Below are positions 48,590 to 58,940 of a stretch of 64,000 nucleotides of DNA, piece by piece; position 1 is the stretch's first letter, and each line of letters opens with the position of its first letter. Both the position numbers and the translations under genes were made by a program. A model generated the notes under the pieces. It was not told the origin of the DNA. It made no database searches and saw only the letters and a list, made by a program, of their open reading frames with translations. The stretch is from Ascoidea asiatica JCM 7603 (taxonomy: Eukaryota; Fungi; Ascomycota), in contig BCKQ01000009.1 in the NCBI GenBank assembly GCA_001600695.1, positions 109,331 through 173,330 of the forward strand, given 5' to 3'.

Positions 48590-50695
48590 TTAATCATCAC
48601 AATCAATTTCATTTTCTTGATAAATAAAAACTCCCCAATTATCTTCTTCTTCTTCATCTTCATTTTTAATTTCTTTATTTCTATTACTATTCTTAAAATT
48701 ATTAAATTTCATTAAATCTTCTCTAAAATCAATTTCATTATCATTATCATTATTTAATTGTTCAGTTGAATTAAAATAATATTTACTTTCTTTTTCTTTT
48801 CCTTTTCCTTTAGATCTCCTAATTTCTTTATTTCCATGATCACTATCAATATCACTATTAATATTTTCAAGAGGTATATTATTATTATCATTATTATTAT
48901 TATTATTATTAAAATAATTTATATTATTTTTTTTTTTAAATTTTTTTCTTAAATTTTCTCTAATTTTATTTTCTCTTTCTCTTAATGATGATGTAACTGA
49001 TGTTGATCTTGGTATTGGTAATCCATACAAAATTAATTGATCTGTAAAATTAATTAAATGTTTTGAAGTATTTTTTATAACTTTTTTAAATTTTATATTA
49101 AATTTATTAATTTTATTATCTTCTCCTTCATTTTCATTTTCATTTTCATTTTCATTTTCATTTTCATTTACTTCCTCATTATCATTATTAATATTCTTAG
49201 AATTATCATTATTATTATCATTATCATTATCATGATCATTATCAATATTTATTTCACTAGAATTTAAACTATAATTCGAATTACCATAATAATCTATACT
49301 TCCATTATCATTATTATTATTACTATTTGTATTACTATTTGTATTACTATTTGTATTACTATTTGAAAGAATTGAAATTTCTTTAAGTTCAGGTTGATTA
49401 ATTAAACTAATTTTATTTGAATTTGAAAAATTACTATAATTATTGTCATTATTTCCTTTACTATTATTTTTGGTATTATTATTATTATTATTATTATTTT
49501 CTTCATCTTCATAAATTGGTCTACCTAAAATTCCATTTTTTTCTTTAAATTTTTCAAAATGATGTACACGATTAATCCATTCCCAAACTAAAATTGTACT
49601 TAAAACATAACATGATGTATTAAAAATTTCACTTAATTCACTAACCCATAAATTTGAAACATCTGCAATAAAAAATGCAAATTCTATATTTATAACTAAA
49701 ATTGTTAAAATTGTTATAATTATTAAATTTTTTTTAAAAATTATTTTTCTTTTTATAAAACAATAAATTCCAATTAAAACTGTATACATTAAAGATAATG
49801 CAATTCTAAATAAATATATAAAAGCAGGTAAAATTGCAAATAAACTATTATCCTCACTTGTTGAATAATTATTATTATTATTATTATAATTTGAATAATA
49901 ATAATAATAATTATTTTTATTTAAATTTAAATTTGAATTAATTTTATAAATTGATAAATTTGAATTTTCATTATTTGAAAAAGTTGAAATTGCCCAAATT
50001 ATTTGAGAAATTATAATTAATAAACTACCCATAAAAAAAGTAAATCTTTTCTCTTTTTGTCTTGAAAATAATCTCATAATTATTTGAACTTGAACAAATT
50101 GTAAAATTGAAATTACAAAAAAATCAATAATATTAAAAGGTTTATAACTTGTTAAAAAATCATTAAATAATTCACCTGAATTTATATTTAATAATTGATT
50201 ATTTTTTTTTAAAAAAATTATTGAAATTATTGATAATAAAATTAAATTTATTGAAGCTAAAATTGAACCTAATTTTAATAAAAAACTTGGTTTTGAATTA
50301 AAATTTGTAAATAAAATTATTGTTAAAAATACAGAAATTACTGTTGAAGTTGTTATTGAAAAAATTGTTGGAAAAATACTATTAATAAAATGACCATCAG
50401 AATTTGAAATAAATAATTTCCAATCATTTTGAATATCAATTAATTGATTATTATAAATTAATGAAGTTTTTTGATTTATTGAAGTATAACATGGTTTTGA
50501 ATGATAACATGAAGGTTGATAATTGAAGATAATTTGATTTGAATTTAAATCATCAAATATTAATGAATTTTGAGGTGAAATTAAAGAACCTTGATTAAAT
50601 TTATGTATTGAACAAGAATTATAAACTTCTTGATTTATTGAATATCTCCAAAAGGCATCTCTTTTTTTCTTGAATTTATTATTAAATGATATCAT
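48590..50695 (-). CDS. RIM21: PalH/Rim21 seven-TM ambient-pH sensor
   Basis: About 7 hydrophobic segments; QVQIIMRLFSRQKEK, WEWINRVHHFEKFKEKNGILGRPIYEDE; acidic/charged cytosolic tail. Paralog DFG16 not excluded. Confidence 0.75.
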   Translation of the reverse strand: MISFNNKFKKKRDAFWRYSINQEVYNSCSIHKFNQGSLISPQNSLIFDDLNSNQIIFNYQPSCYHSKPCYTSINQKTSLIYNNQLIDIQNDWKLFISNSDGHFINSIFPTIFSITTSTVISVFLTIILFTNFNSKPSFLLKLGSILASINLILLSIISIIFLKKNNQLLNINSGELFNDFLTSYKPFNIIDFFVISILQFVQVQIIMRLFSRQKEKRFTFFMGSLLIIISQIIWAISTFSNNENSNLSIYKINSNLNLNKNNYYYYYSNYNNNNNNYSTSEDNSLFAILPAFIYLFRIALSLMYTVLIGIYCFIKRKIIFKKNLIIITILTILVINIEFAFFIADVSNLWVSELSEIFNTSCYVLSTILVWEWINRVHHFEKFKEKNGILGRPIYEDEENNNNNNNNTKNNSKGNNDNNYSNFSNSNKISLINQPELKEISILSNSNTNSNTNSNTNSNNNNDNGSIDYYGNSNYSLNSSEINIDNDHDNDNDNNNDNSKNINNDNEEVNENENENENENENEGEDNKINKFNIKFKKVIKNTSKHLINFTDQLILYGLPIPRSTSVTSSLRERENKIRENLRKKFKKKNNINYFNNNNNNNDNNNIPLENINSDIDSDHGNKEIRRSKGKGKEKESKYYFNSTEQLNNDNDNEIDFREDLMKFNNFKNSNRNKEIKNEDEEEEDNWGVFIYQENEIDCDD

Positions 50696-51319
50696 TTAAA
50701 GAAACAAAAGAATCTTTAAGATATAAGAGTACATTAGTTTCAATCACTCTTTTATTATCTTCTTATCGTCTTCTTTTAGATTAGTTCTTATCACCCCCAA
50801 TCAACACAATATATCCATTTAATAGAGTAACAGAGCAATGAACAATAAAGTAATAATGTAATATAGCAATAAACTAGTGTTTCTTTGATATAATATATAC
50901 AAACTGATAGTGATTCCAATAAAATAACTGCCTCTCTTCTTCTCTTTCTTCTAATTCCTCTTATTCACCTTCTCTTAACAGACCTTCTTTAGATTCGATC
51001 AAATTTCTGATTGTCTTTGAGAAGGCGAAACAAAACAATTTTATTTTGTTGACAGCCCGCAGCCAGCTGGAAACTGGAGCTGGGCTGAAGAAGACCCGCA
51101 GAACTGGCGCCAGAGAAAGAATTTTTATTGCCGTTGAAAAATAAAAAAAAGAAAAATAAAGAAATAAGAGAAAAGAAGGTGAAAGAAGAGAAAGAAGAGA
51201 AAGAAGAGAAAGAAGATGAGTTTGACGAGGATGAGAAGAAGAAGAAGAAGAAGAGAAGTGATCAGTTAGTTGCAGGATTGATATATTGTATATAGAGGAG
51301 ATATTGATGGGACTGTGAG

Positions 51320-53629
51320 ATGAGTGGAAAGAATAATCATTACAATAATAGAGAAAATGGAGTACGCAAAGCACATAAACAGGACTTCAATAACAAATTC
51401 AAGAAGAATAATAGGAAAAAAAAAAGAAATCAGTATCCTATTAAAATCAAGTTTGATGATGAACCAAGTGAGAATAAGCAAACCGCTGACACTATAATAA
51501 AGACTGAAGACAATGAAAATAAAGAAAATAAAGAAAGTCAAGAAGAAAATGGAAACTTACAGCTGCAGAAAAATATAAATCAAAATTCAAATAAATTAAA
51601 AACTGTGAATTTTTATTCAAGTGATGAAGATAATGATGAAGATTCAGAAAATTTAAATTTTAGATATTCAAAATATGAATTGAGAAAAAAAAAAGAATCT
51701 TTAATAGATATTAGGAAATCACTTCCTGTATATTCTGTTAAAGATTTAATTATAGATCATATTAAAAAAAATCAAGTAACTGTAATTATTGGAGAAACAG
51801 GTTCTGGTAAATCAACTCAAATTCCTCAATTTTTATTACCTGATAATGATAAAGTCATAGCTATTACTCAACCAAGAAGAGTGGCTGCCATAAATTTAGC
51901 TTCAAGAGTTTCTCAAGAAATGGGTGTTCAATTAGGTTCTGAAGTTGGTTATTCTGTAAGATTTGATAATAGATCAAATAATAAAACAAAATTGAAATAT
52001 TTAACTGATGGTATGCTTTTAAGAGAATTAATGCTTGATTTAAATTTATCTTCTTATTCAACTATAATTATTGATGAAGCTCATGAAAGAACAATATTAA
52101 CTGATTTATTATTAGGTTTTTTAAAAGATTTAATTTCAAATAAAAGAAAAAATGATTTAAAATTAATTATTATGTCTGCAACTTTAGATGCAGAAAAATT
52201 TTCTAATTTTTTTAATAATTCTAAAATTTTATATATTAAAGGTAAAATGTTTTCTGTTGAAAGATTATATTTATCTGAACCTTTAAATGATCTTATAGAT
52301 TCAATATTAAAAGCTATAATTCAAATTAATAATGGTGAACCACAAGGTGATATTTTAACTTTTTTACCAGGTCAAGAAGAAATTGATAAATTAAATTTAA
52401 TGCTTTTAAAATTATCTCCTTTATTACCAAAAACTGCTCCAATAATAGTACCATTTCCTTTATATGCTGCTTTACCACCAATAAAACAATTAAATATTTT
52501 TAAAAATTTACCAAAAAATAGAAGAAAAGTAATTTTAGCAACAAATATTGCTGAAACTTCAATAACTGTACCTGGTGTAAGATATGTTATAGATTCAGGT
52601 TTAAGAAAAATAAAAGTTTGGAAACATAAATTAGGTATTGCATCTTTATTAACTGTACCAATTTCAATGGCTTCTGCAACTCAAAGAGCTGGTAGAGCTG
52701 GTAGAGAAGCTCCTGGTAAAAATTTTAGATTATATACTGAAAAAGATTATTTAAATTTACCAAAACAAACTGAACCTGAAATTGTTAGATCAAATTTATC
52801 ACAATCTATATTAACTCTAAAAAAATTAAAAGTTGATGATATTTTAAATTGGTCTTGGCTTGAATATCCTTCAAGAGATTCAATAATTGCTTCTTTATCT
52901 GAATTACATATGTTAAAAGCTTTAGATGATTCTGGAAAAATTACAAATCTAGGTAATCAAATGGCTCTTTTACCTGTTGAACCTCAATTAGCTACAGTTT
53001 TAATATCTGCAAATAATTTCAATTGTCTTTCTTCAACAATAGATATTGTATCTTGTCTTAATGTTCAAAATTTAATAATGAATCCATTTCCTGATAAAAG
53101 AGATGAAATTAATGAAAAAAGAAAAAATATTTGTCATTTAGGTTCTAAATTTGGTGATTTATTAATGTATAAAGAAATTTTAGATTATTATTTAGATATG
53201 CCAAATGAAAAACAAAGAAAATTATGGTGTGAAGAATTATGTTTTAATCATAGAGGTTTTAAAAATGTTTTAAAAATTAGAAATCAATTAAAAGATTATA
53301 TGAAAAAATTAAATTCAAATATTGAATTTGAATCAAATGATAAAATTAAACCTGATAATATTTTAAAATCTTTTTTAAGAGGGTTTGTTACAAATACTGC
53401 TTTAGGTTTACCTGATAGATCTTATAGAACAGTAAATTCAGGTCAATTAATTTCAATTCATCCATCATCTTTATTATTTGGAAAAAGAAATGATGCTATA
53501 TTATATATTGAATCTGTTCTTACAACAAAAGCATATGCTAGAAATTGTAGTTCAATTGAAGTTTCATGGATACAAGAAGTTGCTCCTCATATATTTGGAA
53601 CTAGAATTAGTGTTGATAAGAATATATAA
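51320..53629 (+). CDS. DHR2: DEAH-box RNA helicase for 40S biogenesis
   Basis: GETGSGKSTQ, TQPRRVAA, DEAH, SAT, FLPGQEEI, TNIAETS, KVWKHKLG, QRAGRAGRE; GATGAG (PAC-like) elements upstream. Confidence 0.9.
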   Translation: MSGKNNHYNNRENGVRKAHKQDFNNKFKKNNRKKKRNQYPIKIKFDDEPSENKQTADTIIKTEDNENKENKESQEENGNLQLQKNINQNSNKLKTVNFYSSDEDNDEDSENLNFRYSKYELRKKKESLIDIRKSLPVYSVKDLIIDHIKKNQVTVIIGETGSGKSTQIPQFLLPDNDKVIAITQPRRVAAINLASRVSQEMGVQLGSEVGYSVRFDNRSNNKTKLKYLTDGMLLRELMLDLNLSSYSTIIIDEAHERTILTDLLLGFLKDLISNKRKNDLKLIIMSATLDAEKFSNFFNNSKILYIKGKMFSVERLYLSEPLNDLIDSILKAIIQINNGEPQGDILTFLPGQEEIDKLNLMLLKLSPLLPKTAPIIVPFPLYAALPPIKQLNIFKNLPKNRRKVILATNIAETSITVPGVRYVIDSGLRKIKVWKHKLGIASLLTVPISMASATQRAGRAGREAPGKNFRLYTEKDYLNLPKQTEPEIVRSNLSQSILTLKKLKVDDILNWSWLEYPSRDSIIASLSELHMLKALDDSGKITNLGNQMALLPVEPQLATVLISANNFNCLSSTIDIVSCLNVQNLIMNPFPDKRDEINEKRKNICHLGSKFGDLLMYKEILDYYLDMPNEKQRKLWCEELCFNHRGFKNVLKIRNQLKDYMKKLNSNIEFESNDKIKPDNILKSFLRGFVTNTALGLPDRSYRTVNSGQLISIHPSSLLFGKRNDAILYIESVLTTKAYARNCSSIEVSWIQEVAPHIFGTRISVDKNI

Positions 53630-53834
53630 TAAATTTTTGATCAAGTAATAATTGTATCAATAATTGTACTCTATTAAATAAATCAGTCAATTAATCTAGA
53701 CAATTGATTTTTAAAAAAATAATAAATAGACATTTTTTTAAGCGAACCCTTAATCGGTAAATATTAAGATATTTTTAAAAAAACTAAAAAAAAAAGAAAT
53801 GATCAATATTTAAGAATGTAATAAAATAAGTTTC

Positions 53835-55161
53835 TTAATCAACATCAGCTCCAATAGGTTCATTTGATTTATTTTCATCACCTAATTCTTCACATTCTTT
53901 TAAAAATTCATTTGGAGTTATAATACTTGTACTACCATAAATTATATTTTTTCCAATTGAAGAATCTCCAAGAAGATTAGAATTATTATTATTAATTAAA
54001 GAATCATTAAAATTTTTAGACCATTCCTGTAAATTTTGATATTCAAGATAATTTCCACCACCAACAATAAAAACTATAGATTGATTATAAATATTTCTTT
54101 TTGGAACTTTAGAATGATTACCTCTAATTATTATTGGATCAAAATATAAATAATCATCAGTTGTATTTAAAGTTGAAGATATTGCTTTTGAAGGTTCCAT
54201 TATTGATTCAACGATACTTGTAATAGGCATTAAATTTTTTTCTGGTAAAAATTTTGTTAAATTAGATAATAAAGAACCAACACCAGTTGAAAGTTTACCT
54301 TCAGTTAAACCATATAATTTTGAAGAAAGACCAGCAAAATTTGAATTTTCATAGTTATTTGAATTTGAATTATTATTATTATTATTGTTATTATTATTGT
54401 TATTACTATTTGATTGATTCAGTTGACTGAAAGAAGATAATTTTATAAGTTCTTTAACTTTTTTAATATAATTTAAAGAATTTAAATTACAATTATATTC
54501 AATTAATTTTTTTTCAACAGTTTTACAAAAATCATTTGATAAATCTGTTAATAAATATAAAATTAAATAAGTTCTTAATTTATCAATTGAAGAAGAATTA
54601 TTTTTTTCATTTAATTTTTTTAAAAAATCTTGTTTAATTTTTGGATCATTTAAATTTTGTTCAACTTCAAAATAAAAATCTAAATTTTTAAGTTCTAATT
54701 GTTTTAATAATGAAGCTAAAATATTCATATGCATATCAATAATTTGTTTTTTTTTAGTTAAATATGGTAATTTTTTTACAGCTAATTGAATTTGTTTTGT
54801 ATCAAAATTATCTTCTGGATTTAAATTTATATCATTTAAAGAAGATATACCACCAGTTTTATTTGTTAATTCTTTTGCTTCAATTTTATAATTATTTAAT
54901 TCTTTTTCAACATTTTCAACAGCATCAGGAAATGGTATTAAAGAATTTGAAGCCCAAAAGAAATCATTTGAATCAATATCATATTTAGTTATAATTTCTT
55001 TTTCAATATTTTTTTCATCATTTTTTTTTATGGTTATTGTATTTCTTTCTAATTTAAAAATATCAAATACCATACATTGATAAATCCAAGAATGTGCAAA
55101 CATTGAACTTAAATCAAAATTTCTATCTAAAAGAATTAAGACTAATCTTTCATTGGAAGTG

Positions 55162-55208
<47 letters not shown>

Positions 55209-55931
55209 TGTAATTTTTGCATTTATTACATGATCTCTTAATTTCGAATCTAATTTTTGAGCGACCATTTCTGCAGGACCACCTCTTTGAGATCTAATTA
55301 TTGGAATTGTAGATAAAGTTAAAATAGTATTAAATAAACCATTTGAGATATTATCAGTTATTGAATTTATTTGATCTTCATTAATTTTTGGATTATTTAA
55401 AGTTGAATAAATTTTTAATAAATTTAAAGAAAATAAATTTGGTTCAGTAACAATATAATCTAAATATTGATCATATAACTGTTTAATTTTATAAGATTTA
55501 TTAATTAAAGAAACTTGTTTTGCAAAATATTCTAATAAATTTCTATCAAGATTTGAAATAAAATTTATATAAAAATTTGAATAATTATCATCTTTTAAAT
55601 CTTCAATAATTAAATCAATATTTTTTTTAATTGGTTGAATAAAATAAATTACAGGTACATCAGGTAATGGAGCTCTAATTGAATTTATTGAAGAATGCAT
55701 AGTCACACCACATTTTAATAAATCATTAACTCTTAATACAGAAGATACAATTAAAGTTGATTTTGAATCTAATATTAATACTTTCCAAATTATATCTTCA
55801 TCATCATTATTTACTTTATCATTATTATTTGTAGAAGTTTTTTGAATATCATTAAGATTAAGCATTCGTTCCAATGCTGCCACCTGTCTTTCCCGAAAAC
55901 TCACCAAGGATTGATTTGATTTGAATGACAT
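53835..55931 (-). CDS. SLY1: Sec1/Munc18 protein for ER-Golgi transport
   Basis: SFRERQVAALERMLNLN, WKVLILD, SSVLRVNDLLKCGVTMH, HSWIYQCMVFD, VGGGNYLEYQNL, IYGST. Confidence 0.95.
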
Positions 55932-56438
55932 TGTGATGAAGATTATGATGATGATTATGTTGATAATAATTATAAAATCAATAAAAGAAATGGATTGAGA
56001 TGATAAAAGAAATTAAAATATAACTGAAATAAACGTTTATTTCTATAAAATTGGTGTTGTCTTCAAACGATCCGTAGTTGATAGTTGTTAACAATTAGTT
56101 GCTGAGTAAGCATTGCATAATAATGAGGTAAGCACCCTCAAAGATGGTAAATGCATTCTTATTTAGTCATCGGTGATAACATGTAGTTTATACCTTATGG
56201 TACATTAAACCCGCTTTTCTGGTTTTTGGTTTTTTTTCATTTTTCACTTCGGTTAAATTCCTGAATTAAAAATTTATATCAAAAGCCATGGAAATTATCA
56301 ATTTTTTATGGGGTTTTTAAGTAAAGGATCAAGAGCTAAATATCAAATGAAAGTATTTTATTCAATGATATTTGATTGAATTGTTATAAAAATGGGATAG
56401 ATATACTCATAGTTTTATTCATGTATTGATTTCAAGTA

Positions 56439-58391
56439 ATGTTTTCTAAAAGGATATTCATTTCTTCTAAGACTTGTTTAAATTCATATATAAATAATTG
56501 TTCAAGATATAAACTTAAAATAGGTGGTGGTGTTTGTTGTCGTTTTAGATTTTATTCAAAGACATTTAATGAATTATATGAGAAGAATTTAATTAAATCA
56601 AGTTATTTGAATAATGCATTAAAAGAATTAGAATATAATCATTTAACAAAGACTCAAGAACAAATCTTAGAACCAATATTAATTGAATCTAAATTAGAAT
56701 TAAAAAATGAAAAAAATGAAAAAAATGATATAGTTATATCTGCAGAGACTGGATCTGGTAAAACATTATCATATATATTACCAATATTAGATGATTTGTT
56801 ATTATCTTTATTATCAACAGAGGAAATGAATTCAGATTTTGAAAATAAAATACATTCAATTATAATGGTACCTACAAGAGATTTAGCAAATCAAGTTACT
56901 TTTGAAATTAATAAATTTTTAAATATTATTAATAAAAGTATTACTGAAAATAATAAAAAACTAAGTTGTTTAATGATTACAGGAGGTGAAATAAGTAAAA
57001 AAAATCAAATTGAATTAATATTTAATAATATCAATAATAGAATTCCAGATATTTTAATATGTACATCAGGTAGATTTATTGATTTATTTATAAATACAAG
57101 TACAGATTTGGAAGATAATGAAATATTTAATAATGTCAAGTATCTTATATATGATGAAGCAGATAAATTATTAGGACCAGCATATTTTAATGATATTGAA
57201 AAAATTAAAAAATTTATAATGAAAAAAAGAAATATTAACAATAAAAATTCAATATTAAATTTATTTTTCTCCGCAACAATTGATGAAAGTTCAATAAATT
57301 TAATCAAAAAATTAAAGAATTTAAAGAATTTTAATAATATTGAAGATAATAATGATATAAAATATTTAAATATAAATAATAGTTCCAATGTATTAAGTCC
57401 GAAAAAAGAAATAAATCAATCAATTGTATTTACAAATAATTTATTTGATAATTTCATAAGTTCAATATTATTTATTAATAAAAGAATAGTAAGTGAAAAG
57501 AAATTTTTCAAAGGAATTATATTTTTACCAACAATAAAATCGGTTGAATTTTATAATGAATTAATTTTAATTAATAATAAATTATTTAAAATTAATTTAA
57601 AAATTTTCTATATTTCTGGAGATATTTCAAATAAATTAAGATTAAAAATTATTAATGAATTTAAAAATACATTTGAATTCAATTCATTATTAATTTCAAC
57701 AGATATTTCATCTAGAGGTATGGATTATCCAAATCTTACAAATATTATAATTATTGGAACACAATTAGACTATGAAAATTATATTCATAAAATTGGTAGA
57801 ATTTCAAGAGGATTATTATCACCTGAAAGGGGTGATGATGATAAAAATGAATATAATTCAATAATTTATTTAAGTAAATTTGAAGAAAATTATTATAAAT
57901 TTTTAATTAAAAATAATTTTATTATATTTAATAATAAATTTAAAGATATTGGGAATTTAAAATTTGAAAATTTACTTATGAATGAATTTTATAAGAAATT
58001 AAAACAGAATAACCAACTTGAAAAAGATATATATATTTCAAATTTTATAAATTCAATAATTAGTTATTATTCAATAATTTATAAGAAATATAATATTGAA
58101 GAGAAAATGTTATTTGAAACTATTTTAAATCTATATAAAAGAATTAATAGAGAAGAATATGAAAATAATAAGAATTTAAAACCAAGAATTAATTTAAATT
58201 TAATTATAAGTTATTTTAAAAACATTCCAATTTCAATTATTGAGAATTATTTTGAAATTAATAATGAAGAAAAAGAAAAATTGGAAAAAATTCATAAGAA
58301 TAATAATAAACAAGTCAATTTCAAGGATATTAAGAGAGTTAATACTAAGAAACAAGTGAAAAGAGAAGTAACAGATAGATTTAATTATTAA
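56439..58391 (+). CDS. Mitochondrial DEAD-box RNA helicase, divergent MSS116-like
   Basis: Presequence-like N-terminus; Q motif LTKTQ, AETGSGKT, PTRDLA, DEAD, SAT, SRGMDYP, YIHKIGRISR. Confidence 0.75.
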   Translation: MFSKRIFISSKTCLNSYINNCSRYKLKIGGGVCCRFRFYSKTFNELYEKNLIKSSYLNNALKELEYNHLTKTQEQILEPILIESKLELKNEKNEKNDIVISAETGSGKTLSYILPILDDLLLSLLSTEEMNSDFENKIHSIIMVPTRDLANQVTFEINKFLNIINKSITENNKKLSCLMITGGEISKKNQIELIFNNINNRIPDILICTSGRFIDLFINTSTDLEDNEIFNNVKYLIYDEADKLLGPAYFNDIEKIKKFIMKKRNINNKNSILNLFFSATIDESSINLIKKLKNLKNFNNIEDNNDIKYLNINNSSNVLSPKKEINQSIVFTNNLFDNFISSILFINKRIVSEKKFFKGIIFLPTIKSVEFYNELILINNKLFKINLKIFYISGDISNKLRLKIINEFKNTFEFNSLLISTDISSRGMDYPNLTNIIIIGTQLDYENYIHKIGRISRGLLSPERGDDDKNEYNSIIYLSKFEENYYKFLIKNNFIIFNNKFKDIGNLKFENLLMNEFYKKLKQNNQLEKDIYISNFINSIISYYSIIYKKYNIEEKMLFETILNLYKRINREEYENNKNLKPRINLNLIISYFKNIPISIIENYFEINNEEKEKLEKIHKNNNKQVNFKDIKRVNTKKQVKREVTDRFNY

Positions 58392-58567
58392 TAATATCTT
58401 CAGTTACAAGTTTATATCCTTCTTTTTATATATATTTGTCTCTGTAAGCATAATAAATGAACCGAAAAAGAGGAACCGCAAACATGGACTCAAAAAAGAA
58501 AAAAAAAATATATATCCGGATTCACCCCACTCAGGATTAAATAAATACGGACCGGATATTTAAAATA

Positions 58568-58598
58568 CCGGGTAACTCTATTTTTTGGAAATCACGTG
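58568..58598. promoter_or_regulatory. Reb1 and Cbf1 sites upstream of the MSI1-like gene
   Basis: CCGGGTAA 58568-58575; ATCACGTG near 58590. Confidence 0.55.
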
Positions 58599-58940
58599 CT
58601 GTTTTTATTTTTGTTGTTTCTCGATTTGGCCCTGGAACTGCCAAAACTTGTTTTTGTTTTTGTTTTTGGTTTGGGGAGGACAGAAACGAAATAAAATAAG
58701 ATGATAAAAAAGAAGAAGAAGAAGATGATGAGGATGAGAAAGAACTATAAGCACAAGAAGGTAGATACAGAGATAGAGAATAATTCATAGATATAGAACT
58801 GGAATTGAGATAGAAGTGGGAATAGGAGAAGCCATTGTGAGCACATACTTTATTAAGATAATTACTGAAAAATATACACTGTATTAAGAAACTTGAATAG
58901 AAACTTTGTCAATTAATTTAAAATTCAGTTATCAATAAAT

